Below, one piece after another: positions 1-13,556 of a stretch of DNA of 64,000 nucleotides. Position numbers and translations under genes: made by a program. The stretch's first letter is position 1. Every line of letters begins with the position of its first letter. The notes below the pieces were generated by a model. The model was not told where the DNA came from. It ran no database searches and was given only the letters and a program-made list of their open reading frames with translations. Source of the stretch: Eledone cirrhosa (lineage: Eukaryota); assembly GCA_964016885.1 (NCBI GenBank), contig OZ024743.1, forward strand, positions 110,732,001-110,796,000, given 5' to 3'.

Positions 1-516
1 AATACTTTCGACCTACGAAACACTCAGTGACTCCAATCAAATTATCGAGTGTACTTTAAATATATATATATATATTCTCGGAAAAATGGGAAAAATCGGC
101 ATATGGAAATTGTTAGAACAGCAATATAGCGTTGAAGCGGCGTTGAATGAAATATTACCAAGAAGGACAGAGATCAGCGGCTAGATGTGAGTTGACTTGA
201 AGGAAAGAAGAGAAGATAGCAAGGAGGACTTAAGATGGATGAAAGCGAACATGCCACAAACATTAAACTATGTTCTTCAGATCTCGACCCTCTGCAGTTT
301 CGACATCTTATTTCCTCCTTCCTATTTTCTTTTCTTTTCTTCGAGTCAACTGACATTGAGCTGCTGATGTAAGTCCTTCGAGGTAATATTTTACGCAACA
401 TTGCTTAGGCGGAACTTTGCTGTAATAACAGCTTCCATACGCCGAGTTTTCCCATTTTCCTTAGAATCCTAATAGACTCGCGTTTTAAAACACTATTTTC
501 GAGTTAATTTGCCTCC

Positions 517-640
<124 letters not shown>

Positions 641-790
641 AATTTTGAGTATATGTTGGTTGTATACCAACACCTTAGTATGCAGATAGGAGCACTCGAC
701 GAAATGCGTAGGTTGGTTTGGTTACTCCGGAGTAATGTAAAATAAAATAAAATAAATAAGTCAAATGTTTAAAATTTAGCTTCGTTTATT

Positions 791-845
791 ACTGCTATAT
801 ATATTTCGGTGACAACCATCTTTGGCCGTGCCCTCTTCAGGCAGT
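791..845 (-). ncRNA. Minimal type I hammerhead ribozyme
   Basis: Minus strand reads ACTGC CTGAAGA gggcacggccaaagatggttgtcacc GAAA TATATA TA GCAGT: helix I ACTGC/GCAGT, intact core, palindromic helix III. Confidence 0.8.
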
Positions 846-1796
846 CTGAATTAGTGTGGTAGAGACGAGTACACATGTTGTTGAGGTGTATAACTTTCTC
901 AATACTCTGATATACCCCGTTCCTGGTTGGTAGAGACGAGTACACATGTTGTTGAGGTGTATAACTTTCTCAATACTCTGATATGCCCCGTTCCTGGTTG
1001 GGTTTTTATTTCACTGAGGAACTGGAATCATGAATTTAAAGAAACGAATTTCAGCGTCAAATGGCCTCTTCTCCTCTCATTGGTCAGTTGTTAGAACATT
1101 CCTCAGTCAAAAGTCTATAGAAATTCGTTCTGAGGGAAGCCAATCTGTAGTTATTGTTCTTGTTATTGTTAGGTACATCTGACCGCTATTCTTGTGTTGG
1201 TAGTGGTGTTGTTGTTGGGGTCAGCTAAAAAAATATGATAAAGTGGTAGAAGGAATAACACGGTAAAGGAACAAAATAAAATAAAATAATCGAATAAAAT
1301 GTGTGTGTTTGTTATACCCATATCAATGTTATAAAGATGTGTGAGGTCAATCTTCCCATTGGTCCCATGGTTCTGCCATGTATATGAAGAAATAGAAGGC
1401 AATAAAATGAAGAAAACAGAAAATAAATAATAAATAGAGAGTAAATGAAAAGTTAATGAAAAAGTAATGAAAAAGTAATGAAAATGAATATGGGAAATGA
1501 AAAATGAAAATGAAAAGTGAAAAATAAAAATGAAGATTGAAATAAAATTAAATGTGTGTGTGCTAAAACCAATCTCAAGGTCAGAAATAAGTTGGTAAGA
1601 GGGGTAGAAGGAACAAGATGGTACAAGAATAAAACGAAATAGTATAATCAAATGTGTGTTTGTGTTATAACCAATCTGAACTTAAATATAAATATAAGGT
1701 GAAATAACAACCCAACCAGGAACTGGGCATATCAGAGTATTGGCAAAGTTATACACCTCAACACCATGTGTACTCGCCTCTACCACACTAATTCGG

Positions 1797-1851
1797 ACTG
1801 CCTGAAGATGTCACAGCCAAAGATGGCTGTCACCGAAATATATATAGCAGT
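1797..1851 (+). ncRNA. Minimal type I hammerhead ribozyme
   Basis: ACTGC CTGAAGA tgtcACAGCCA aaga TGGCTGTcacc GAAA TATATA TA GCAGT; helix I 5 bp, helix II core 7 bp. Confidence 0.8.
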
Positions 1852-1902
1852 AATAAACGAAGCCACATTTTTAACATTTGACTTATTTATTTTATTTTAT
1901 TT

Positions 1903-2118
<216 letters not shown>

Positions 2119-2311
2119 ATTTAGGTTTGTTGGTTCACCACTGGATAGAACTGGACATTCCGTATGGTGAATCTCGATGTAATATTATGGTGAGCACTCA
2201 ACGTAATGCAGCTCGCCCGTCTTCGTGTGTGTAGTTGGTGGTGCGAGTACGGAGTTAATTATTATAAAATAACAGGAGGCGGGACGGGTGTAAATCCTTA
2301 AAAGGTTTATT

Positions 2312-2369
2312 ATACTATGATCATTTCAATGAACGAGTTCAGTATGAATCCGGTGATACCATCAGGTAT
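2312..2369 (-). ncRNA. Hammerhead ribozyme, core variant CTGATGG
   Basis: Minus strand ATAC CTGATGG ... GAAA TGATCA TA GTAT; mirror copy of 2424-2481 with one core substitution. Confidence 0.6.
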
Positions 2370-2423
2370 GCTGACTTTCAGCCCCATGGATTTTATCTGT
2401 TATATTTATTTGTCATATTTTGA

Positions 2424-2481
2424 ATACCTGATGATATTACCGGATTCATACTGACCCCAGTCATTGAAATGATCATAGTAT
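2424..2481 (+). ncRNA. Minimal type I hammerhead ribozyme
   Basis: ATAC CTGATGA ... GAAA TGATCA TA GTAT: canonical core, helix I ATAC/GTAT, palindromic TGATCA helix III; helix II pairing irregular. Confidence 0.75.
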
Positions 2482-2552
2482 AATAAACCTTTCAAGGATT
2501 TACACCAGCTCAGCCTCCTGTTATTTTATAATATATATATATATATATATTA

Positions 2553-3470
2553 AGAAAACCCACTGTACTAATAGGACATGTATCATATGTAAGGTAAAGC
2601 GCTGGATAAATTGTAAAACTAGAAACGTAGTCTATAGCATAAGATGTACAGAGGGTACTTGCAGAAACATGACAACAACATACATAGGCGAGACAGCTTG
2701 TAGCATAGGTGAAAGGATAGACCAACACTGTGGGAACTAAAAGGACGATAAAACGGTTCAGTACTATACGAACATACCAGACAACAACACGACGGTAACA
2801 TAGACAACATAGAAATTAGAATAATATCTAAAAATAGAAATGACCCAGCAGATAGGCAAATCAGAGAGGCCAGTGAAATAGAACTTAGAAGGCCAAGGCT
2901 AAACAGAAAAAAAATGAATGGAATAACATCAACACCCAAACAAACAACACTGACCTAAGAGAAGTATAAATAAATAAATAAATAAATAAATAGATAAATA
3001 AATAAATACATACAAAATCACAATAACAACAAACACATATAAACACACACTAGTAAAGATAGAATACATTAACCAATACACAGCCACCCAATCACGAACA
3101 CACATCAAACAAAACACTATACACACACGCAAACGCATGCGCAAAGAAGACAATAATAAAATAAACAAATAAATAAATATATAAACAGACTAAAAAAAGA
3201 TGGCATAGAAAATACAATGCAAATGGGAGGAAACAATAGCACCACTGACGATGTTGCAGATGTGCAACGAAAGAACTTTGATTAACTATATATATATGTG
3301 TTTGTGTCTATATTGTATCTGTATTTTTGACCGTTGGTCAGTCAATGGTAACATTGAGGACCGAATAAATTAGATTACCGATATAAAAGACGCAGAAGCG
3401 AAAACCAACCAAACAGTGAGTGTTTTGTGTTATTAATTCTGGCAATATTACACAAATATGACCCTCCCAT
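2553..3470 (+). mobile_element. 5'-truncated Penelope-like element: Cys linker + GIY-YIG endonuclease pseudogene + 3' pseudo-LTR
   Basis: Translation from 2612: CKTRNVVYSIRCTEGTCRNMTTTYIGETACSIGERIDQH, then after a stop/frameshift ...DRQIREASEIELRRPRLNRK. Upstream CTNRTCIIC linker is Neptune-like. Flanked by (TA)n on both sides. Confidence 0.88.
3241..3275 (+). ncRNA. Degenerate hammerhead motif
   Basis: CTGACGA t GTTGCA gatg TGCAAC GAAA; perfect helix II but helix I/III 3' strands not recoverable. Paralog at 20533-20565 has CTAACGA. Confidence 0.45.
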
Positions 3471-3474
3471 GTAT

Positions 3475-3545
<71 letters not shown>

Positions 3546-3579
3546 AAGATTTACATATACACAAAGTCACAGATATATA

Positions 3580-4444
<865 letters not shown>

Positions 4445-4725
4445 TACACGATGAGGTTTTATTTACTTGCATTTAATTTTTATTGTGCATCGATCTATTA
4501 CGCAGAGGATTGCCCCAGTCACCAATAGAATTTATGGACCCGACTACAATATAAATCTCCTCTTCAGATTGGCGATTGAGTCTTTGTTTTGCTTACACCA
4601 CCAGTAATTCACTGAATCTCATAGATTTTGTCATTAATGTTGTAACGAGGTCACACATTAATTTCATTTTACATGAAAACAATGTAAAGTAAAGTAGTAC
4701 GAATATATATTTGAAACACTTTAGT

Positions 4726-4858
4726 TCTTCTTCTTCTTCTTCTTCTTTTTCTTCTTCTTCTTCTTCTTCTTCTTCTTCTTCTTCTTCTTCTTCTTCTTCT
4801 TCTTCTTCTTCTTCTTCTTCTTCTATCTATCTATCTATCTATCTATCTATCCATCTAT
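4726..4858. repeat. (TTC)n-(TCTA)n microsatellite
   Basis: Directly visible. Confidence 0.98.
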
Positions 4859-5191
4859 AGATACCAGCATTTCATTCAGTAGAGTGTAGATTATATGATC
4901 ACATTGTGTCTTCAATTATGCTATTGGTTACTTATGTCTAGAATGTAGATAAACGATTTCTGCTTCGACGTCGAATCAACATAGTCCATTAGTGTATCAC
5001 TTTGGCAAATTATTAATTATTCTATGTTTCTTTGATTTCCAATACATTACTAATTGCTTCTTGAATGGCATCAAGTTACCTGTATTTTGAGAATGTGCAA
5101 TGCCTTAAGACTCTATAACTGTTGTGTTTCACTCAACGCATGCTCAAATACATATAAGGATATATAATCATGTATAATGAATACATACATA

Positions 5192-5400
<209 letters not shown>

Positions 5401-5479
5401 TTAAGCGAGACAGAGAGAAAATCAGATAATTGTTGTAAGGTTAAAAATGTCGATACAAATCAGTTTATGTGGGATAAAT

Positions 5480-7460
5480 AGTAATGATTTGAAAAGAATA
5501 CGACTAATGTGCTTTTATATACTACTGTAAAGTACATATCAAAAACAATAGTTTTCCTATATTTGTACTTGAACGGTTTCGCTTAAAACAGATTTGAAAC
5601 GTTTCTCCACGTCTATGTTTTTTTTTAATTTCTATTTGTAATGTTATTGTTCCTAACGTGTTTTTGTGGAAACAAGAGACGCAATTATTTATATGTTTGC
5701 CCCTTTATGTAATGATAAACACAATCTTTTATAAAGGACGTAACCCTGGTGGAACCAGATATTTAAAAAAAACACTGTCTGCCAAGAGTTCAACTTTCGT
5801 TTTTCATCTGATATGGAATGGCATCATTGGTAAATGGGAAGATATCATCCTGTATGTAGCTCCTGGTGTGTTTGAAGAGAGATTTCAATCATATGTCTGC
5901 AAGGTTACTTAGGTGAAGTCTTACAAATTGTGTTTGATTTGATGTGTCTTTGTTTTAAGTCGGCTTGTGGATATAATATGAGAATTGGTTTTATTTGCAT
6001 GTCTCATTAATCAGTTTATTCTTGTGTATTTTCTGGAAATCGGGAATTGGTGAGAAAGTCTGGTTCCTTATAGGTAAATCAGTTTCGGAATGGGTGTAGC
6101 AAATTAGTGAGTTGTTTCATCATTTTACGAAGTTCTAATTGTTGGGTTTCGTCCGGATATGTATAGCACTGCAGCATATTTTACATAACGTTTGTGTAGT
6201 GTTTTGTGACCATAATGAAAACGGACACTCCTTTGTCGGCTTTATATATGACAATATGTCTGTCTTTTTTTATCGTTTAGTTGGTTCCATTGCTGTCTAC
6301 TGCAGTTGTATTTGTCTCTGGTACTTCTAGTTTGTCTATTGGAAGGTTTTAGATGTATTCAAAAAATCCATCGAAGGCTGCGCTTCCGTATTTCGGGGGC
6401 CGATATCTTATTTCTATTTGTTGTTCTCTATATATATTTTGTTAGTGATTATTTTTCTTGAAAGGGTCTTGATGTTGTTTTGGAATTATCTAAGTACACT
6501 CGTGCCTGTCCTAAATTATTTTCCCTTTGTCGTCTATTTAGGCATTTAAATCATGGTTGTTGATTAGGGTTAGGGTTAGGTTCGTATTTTGTCAAAGTTT
6601 CTGACTATCTATTTTGGGGTTTTACTTGATGTGTTGAGTGTTGGTGTTCTGTTCTGTGGGTGATATCAGCATAGTTTTCGTGTTTGTCATCTTTCTTATA
6701 AATTGGCTTTTATAAGTGGAATTCTACTTTATTTTGTGCTTCATAATTTGGGAAGCAGTTTTCATTTTTTCCTCATTTTCGTAATAAGATTCGTTCCTCA
6801 TTCTCAGATTCTTGATTTCATATTGTATAAATGTGATTTAGTAGTTATCCTTTGTATGTTTTAGAGGTTTCGATTTCCAGTCGTTTATCAATATACTTGT
6901 AATTTTTTGCCATAGTTAGATTTCGTTTCCTATGTTTGTCACAGACATTTTTTGTCGTAGAGGTGTTTAGGGTTCTCGTTCCTCGTTGAACGTTTTTAGG
7001 TCTTTTTCTTTTCCCGGTAACATGAATGGGTTGTTCGTAAATCTCAGTCTTGTTATGTGTTGTATGTTCCAGAATGTATATTTTCTGAGATTAAGGATTT
7101 ATCAATTATTCGGGTTTTTTATAAAGAAATTAGGACTAGGAATATTCACAAATGTTTCTTTCTTTTTTTTTCGGGGTGGGGATGTGTTTTCCTCAATTTG
7201 TTTCGGTTGAAAGATCATTTTTATGCTTTTACATTGTTTTTCTATATTGCTGTTGAGTTATTTGCCTTCATCTTTCGTTGTGTGCTCTTCTGTGTGTTTA
7301 TGAAATCTGTCCTGTTTTTCTATTAGAGTTGAAAATTGTGTGTTTATTTCTTTTAGATTCAGGATTTATGCTATTGTCCGATTTTTCGGTGGTTAATTTT
7401 GTACGGATTTGTTTTAGTTGTTTCAGGATTACTTTATTTATGTCCGATTTGTTTAGTATT
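5480..7460 (-). mobile_element. Penelope-like element, internally deleted copy (N-terminal ORF/RT start + 3' pseudo-LTR)
   Basis: Minus translations: HIVIYKADKGVSVFIMVTKHY (~6260-6195), KIHK (~6030), LSNLADI*LKSLFKHTRSYIQDD (~5910-5845). 5480-5840 resembles 7500-7950, the 3' end of the neighbouring copy. Confidence 0.78.
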
Positions 7461-7499
7461 TGATAGTGAAAAAGTAAATATTTTGGAAGAATAAATATT

Positions 7500-9545
7500 T
7501 CTATATAAATTGTGTTATATGAGGAAAATAATAAAGATTTCAGAAAGAAAACACCTAATGTTATTTTATTTATTATATATACATGTTACTTGAATAGTAC
7601 AAAGCATATTTTTCACATCAAAAATGGATGTTCTATTATCTGTATTTGACAGGCTTCACTTAAAAAAACATTTCTAATAATTTTTCGTGTTTAAATTTCT
7701 AATTTTACATTTGTAATCGTATTGTCAATTTTACTTTTGTTAAAACAGTTGTTTGAATCGTTGCCCAATATGTTGACGAAAACACAATCCTTAACAAATT
7801 ACGAAACTTGTTTGAGCAAACATTGATAAATAATCTGTGCAACATATTCAGCATTATCCTACACATTTCTATAAATAATTTATTTGCCAATGCGTTTTAA
7901 CTATCATATTGATAGGTAGCGTTGATAGACATTGAAAAAATAGTAACATTTGCAGACCACATACCTCCATACTTTGGCTAACAGGGGTGTTTCTTCAGTA
8001 TGTATTTCTACTAAGAGTGAACTGGCATTCTTTCTCAAACTGTTAATATTTTTGTCCAATGTAGTGTTCATGACAACTCTTCATATTATATATATTATAT
8101 TTTCTGAGTTGAGCGCGATGTCATTTTTAATTTTGAAAATTAGTCCATCTTTGAAGTGGAATTCCTAACTTTCTAATAAGAAATTGCAGACCCTTGAACT
8201 TAGCTCAGTGGCATATTTTCTGTTCAGGCAATTTAATTGCGTTTTCCAGTATACATGTCTTAATATACTTTTAGGGACTTCGTTTGTCGTTTAAATTGTT
8301 GAATTGTGTATTTTTATTAGTGGTTCTCTATTTTTATCTTCTTTAATGTGATTTAATTATTTGATTTCTTAATTTTTTAGGTTAAAATTTAAAATAAATA
8401 ATATAACCCGTTTATCTATTTTTTTGGTTTGTGCCTGAGAGTATTTGAATTTAAATTTCTCCTGCTACTCGTTTTGGATTATGAGGGTATTTCCGTTCAT
8501 GAATATTTGTTACATTTCTCCTGGCCTGTAGTCTTTTGTCGTCTGACTATCTTGTAGATTCATTTAGCAGAGATAAATGGAGTATAGGTAAACGTTTGTG
8601 TTGTTTGGGGTATACAAGGGAGTTATTGTCAAGTGTCTGTGAGTTTGATATACATGTCAGCCTCACGATTTGTTTTTATTAGTCTGCCTCAGAAAGGTAT
8701 ATTTTCGTTGCTGAAATCACTACTGAATTGTGAGTTAGTGTTCATATTATTGGGGAGGTTCTTTATGATTATTTCTCAACAGAAACTGTTCCAGGTATCT
8801 TTTACAGTTTTCTTTAATAAAATAACTGAATTAGCACCTATAAATTTTGGAGGTTTACGTGTACATTTGTAGTACATTGTATCTTTTCACTAAATGTGCG
8901 TGTGTTGGTGCAAATTGTGTCCCCATGTTTGTTGGGGATTTTTGTCGGTATGGTTTTCATCGAACATGTAGTAGTTGTTAATTTTATTAAATTGTAGACC
9001 ATCTATTATTGGAATTTCTATCACTACGTTTTTGGTAGCTCTAAGCAAAATGAGCCTCGATATTGTAGTTCTATGTAATGTTTTTATATAAGTTCATAAC
9101 AGCCAATGTAACCATGTAAGTGTTTTGGTTAACATCATTTGGTAGATTCTTGATTTATCTAGATCAGACGTTCTCGAAGGGTTTTGGCCACCGACCCTCT
9201 TACCGCCTCATAACACCCTCAGCGCCCGCAACCCTAATTCCAGAGAAACCTGCTTTCACGCAAATTGTAAATAATATATAATAAATGAAATCACTAATTT
9301 ATATATAATAAATAATATAATATATAAAATGTATAAATACACATTTTTTATTTTACTATATTCATACATCATATGTATCATTTGATATATAATGCTCTGT
9401 TATATCATCCCTACGGCACCCTGGATGTTCTCAAGCCAAAACCACCACCCCAACCCCACCAGGGTTGGTAGCGCCCACTGTGTGAATCTCTGATCTAGAT
9501 CATCACGTACGACGCTCAGGATCTATTTGCAGATAGGTTTCAATA
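7500..9545 (-). mobile_element. Penelope-like element, 5'-truncated copy (RT core, thumb, GIY-YIG, pseudo-LTR), heavily degenerate
   Basis: Minus motifs in PLE order: LLKPICK*ILSVVRDDLD (~9545-9495), MVTLAVMNLYKNI (~9115-9077), NNYYMFD..YRQKSPTNMGTQFAPTHAHLV (~8980-8890), KRYLEQ for RYLDD (~8800), DMYIKLTDT (~8650), ENIIYII..CHEHYIGQ (~8105-8050). Confidence 0.85.
9165..9492. mobile_element. hAT (Buster-type) MITE inserted into the PLE RT
   Basis: Perfect 8-bp TSD ATCTAGAT (9157-9164, 9493-9500) with central TA; degenerate TIRs CAGACGTTCTC / GTGAATCTCTG. Confidence 0.85.
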
Positions 9546-9715
9546 ACATTACAAATGGACATTTAGAAAAGAATAGATGAAAGAAAAACGCTTGACAACT
9601 GATTTAGCGAAGCCAGGCTAGTTCAAACATTAAAAACTATTCTTAATGATGTTATGTTTTTTCTTCGTTGTGAAATATTCATAGAAATGTATAACGACTA
9701 TAAACACATTAAGTA
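9541..9715 (+). mobile_element. Inverted pseudo-LTR fragment at the 5' end of the PLE tandem
   Basis: CAATAACATTACAAATGGACATT...AGCGAAGCC resembles the reverse complement of ~5500-5650 (...GGTTTCGCT...ATTTGTAATGTTATTG). Confidence 0.6.
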
Positions 9716-12700
9716 ATTTTGTTCAAATATTATTATTTTTCATATATGTATAAATATATCTACTCCATTACCAAAGGTTTCTGGATCCCATACAATATTG
9801 TAGTAGTTATATTTTGTGTTATTCATATGTATAAATATATACACATAACTTTGATATATAGTCAAAATATTATCGAATGAAATATTTCATAAATGGTAAC
9901 AGTAGATTATAAAGATGTCCGATCTTTAGTCTAGAGTATTCGATATCTTGTAATATTAACATTATTACCTTTCTGATTATGAATAATAAGCATATCGATT
10001 AAGATACGTATTAATAATACTGCCTGTCGATTCAATTGATTCATATTCTGACAAATGTATATATCTTTACAGAATATAGAACGCATTTGTTATTTTAGTG
10101 TTTATCGATTTTTAAATCATTTGTTATGCAGATAATGATCATTAGTAAAATGTAAACGATTGTTTCACTTACATAATCAGTTCCATATCCTTTCACTTCT
10201 TGCCGTTAACCAGTGAATTATATAGAAAATATTAACCGGATTTGTATCTCTGTTGATTCTCTGCTGGAATTTCTGGTCTATAGCATCCAATTATGACTCA
10301 TGTACTGCCCATATGAATTAAAAATAGATCAGCGCACATCTAAAACATTTCTCAATATACAAATGGATCGAAAAAGTAATCCTAAAACTTTCAGAAACAG
10401 GGGTCGAATTGATAGAGCATGCCCTGCAACTAAAGAGAACGAATAACCAGATATACATTTGCGACACGTGAAACCTATCTCTTCTCAGATTATGTACGTT
10501 ATTTTCCTTTAGCCCCAAGTGTTCATTAATTTATTTACCCTTTAAATGATTTTCTTAATATATGTGACACATTATTTTGAAGTAAACTCTGGTGTATTTG
10601 TGATGTCATGTTTAGCAATATCTGTTTTCAAACACGAAAAATATTTTTCATATATATAAATATTGTTTTCGACGCCGACAAACTGACCTCGAAATGTAGG
10701 GATTAGTCACATATTGCTATGCATGTAATAGAATAAAATAGGAATGTTCCTAAATGTGCAATATACTAATCAAACAACGTCGGCCTGCCTTTCTTAACCC
10801 AACACTATATACTTTCCATATCAAAAATAATTTACGTGTGTATATGTTTCTGATATACTGAATATGATTCCAAAATTTAGGAAGATCAAACGTTACATTA
10901 CCTGACAATCTGATTCTTATACAATTATAAAAATATGTGTTGACCAACCAAATTTAAAAATACAAGCAAATATTTACCAAATTTAAATATACCAGGGAGG
11001 TAATTGTGAGAAATATAATTTGAAGAGTTTTCCCGTCTGAGTGACAACAAAATATGTTAAATGTACGTTACACTAGGCAATGGTATCTGAAAGAGGATTG
11101 CTATGTGATAATGAAATACCAATGTTTGTCCTCAATATACATATCTAATTTGCATCTGATTCTTGGCTTTGAGACAACGCAAGAGGCTCAATTGTTTTGG
11201 ACACAAAATGTGGGAAATTGAACACATATTTTCATGATTCAAAACTTATATCTCCTATATTCAGAATATACATTTATGTGTTTAGCTATAATTAGTGGTG
11301 TAATTGTTTATCTTGAATGTTGACAACTCGGGGTTACTAATATTATAAAGAATAACAAATTTGCGTTGCTATTTGTAATAGGGAATTTTGTATCATATTT
11401 CTCTCTCCGTCATATGGAGCAAATATACCCTTCATAAATGGTAATTTCTATTAGTTATTGCTCTAGTTATTATTCATATCATTCTTGTACATATCTTTCT
11501 AAGAATGATGTTATACATATAACAACCCACCTCATACCCATATTTGTTGGAATATGAATTATTTCTAATTCCATTTATTTATTTCGTAGTTATGAAGCCA
11601 ATATTCAAATCTATTTTCCATAGACAACATTGATTTCTCTTTTGCTTTTACAAAAATGTAAAAATAATTTATATACGTCATTATGTCATCATCTTCAACT
11701 TAAATGCTGAAATGAATAACACTGAATCGATAAGATATTTCTCATTATAAAGCGTAGGAGATCTTCTTCGTTTTCACTGAGACAAGGGAAGGACCGTCGA
11801 AAACATGAATAACGCAGAGAGTGATGGAAAAAAAGATAGAGAGATAGAGTGGAGAGAAGAGAAAAGGGAGAAAGCGAAAGATGAGAGAAAGATATGGAGT
11901 CACGAAGTGAGCAGGTACGGTACACATAAGGCGTGTCGCTGCGTTGATATTACTGTTATTAAAATATACAAATATACAGAGGGAGAAATGTAACTGTATA
12001 TACACCAATATGGAGACAGTGTATCTGTGAGGGAGCAAGAGAAATAGGGAAGGAGATATAGAGCAATGGATATATAGAAAACGCAAGAGAGATAGCCTTT
12101 ATCAATGTACACCGATCAATAAGTATATAAATCAATTGAAACACTAGTTTGATAAGAGAATTCAGAATAATTTTTTCCTATAATTATGACAAGGCCTCAT
12201 GATCTCTATTTATTTTATTTAAAATAGCTTTATTAAAATATAATATATGATTTTGTTTACGTTTTTATTTATTCCTTCATTTTATTTTATTTTGGGTTTA
12301 TTCCTCATATATTCTTATTGGAGTATTGGAAAACAACAAGATATTATAAAATAAATATGAGGGGGAAATATTTCGACATATTATGGAAAAAATACAAAAC
12401 CTGACAGAAGGATGTAACGTACAATTCTAAAACCGAAAAAATGGAGACAGACAAAAGAATAAAAATATTAAATATCAATTTTTCTTCCTAGATGAACAAT
12501 CAATTATTAGTTTATATACATTTTGTAATGGGTCTTTATTTTCTCATGATCAGATATCTCATTTCCCAGATTTAATCGACGTATAGAAATATTGCATCTA
12601 TATTATTGATTTCTCACATGAGCACGAAGATTCGCGTAGAATGCTGAGTCGGTAAAATGAATCTCATCAAATGAAAATTATTCCTCTTAACAACGCCGAA

Positions 12701-12871
12701 ATGATGCCCGTCAAAGATAAGCCAAAAGGGATTTTACCCCCACCCGCAAAAAATAGAAATACGTGTCATTAAAGAACGCATAGAAATTTAAATGATTCCA
12801 TACAACATAATATATATTCGTTATTATTAATAGCTCTAGTTAAGATGACTGATGCTATTATTAATCCTTAA

Positions 12872-13066
12872 TTCGATGGTAGTTGATTGGCTAACTCATT
12901 AGAGCGTGGGACAGATGGATATCAGCCTTTGTTCCGGTTCTTTAATGTTCAGAATTCAGAACCCATCGACCTAAGTCAACTTTGTAATTCATCATTTTAA
13001 CTTCCATAAAATAAAATTCGAATTACTTACTGCTGACCTTGGGCCTATATTAGAAACATTATTATT
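12872..13066 (+). mobile_element. Degenerate SINE (same family as 50862-51043)
   Basis: Ends TGCTGACCTTGGGCCTATATTAGAAACATTATTATT, similar to the family tail TGCTGGCCTTGTGCCTAAACTAGAAACAATTATT. Confidence 0.6.
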
Positions 13067-13556
13067 AATTCGTACATTGCTATCAGCGAATTCAACCAAT
13101 CGTGAATGCATAGAATAGAACATTTGCATGCATCTTCCGGCATTCGGCGATGAGAGTTAACTTACCACAGCGGTTGGTTTGCCATATAACACATGGTAAA
13201 CATCTTTCCAGACGGATACCTTTAGGTACTGTTTCAGCTATTAACCATCCGACGGTAACACCTCTTCTAATGTGCGTCGGACCATTTTCTTCACTAGAGT
13301 AATTAATGGACTACTGTAAAATAACGAAGCACAAATATCCTGAATTATGTCAGAGATTGAGGATTTCCTGATGTCAACGGAACATCTGATATATAGATTA
13401 ATATGACTGAATTTATGAAAATACTAACGGTGCCATTTATGTTATATGGGATTATCATTATATGGGATTATCATTCACCATTATCCTTCTAAATAAAATA
13501 AGTAGCAGTTATGTATTAAGCAATAATTACTCGGTCAGTATTCTATAAATCGATAT

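Larger units (their letters stand above)
2260..2533. mobile_element. Short fold-back element (arms ~2260-2369 and ~2424-2533), PLE pseudo-LTR-like
   Basis: TATAAAATAACAGGAGGC... pairs with ...GCCTCCTGTTATTTTATA; ~55-bp spacer; hammerhead in each arm; ends at (TA)n. Confidence 0.8.

Noticed and set aside
1014-1065. CTGAGGA...GAAACG...CGTC hammerhead-like string
   Set aside because: No convincing helix I or II pairing.
9750-9810. Minus-strand NIVWDPETFGNGV, reminiscent of Cys-loop receptor loop sequence
   Set aside because: Short, closed by a stop, no splice sites or other receptor exons found.
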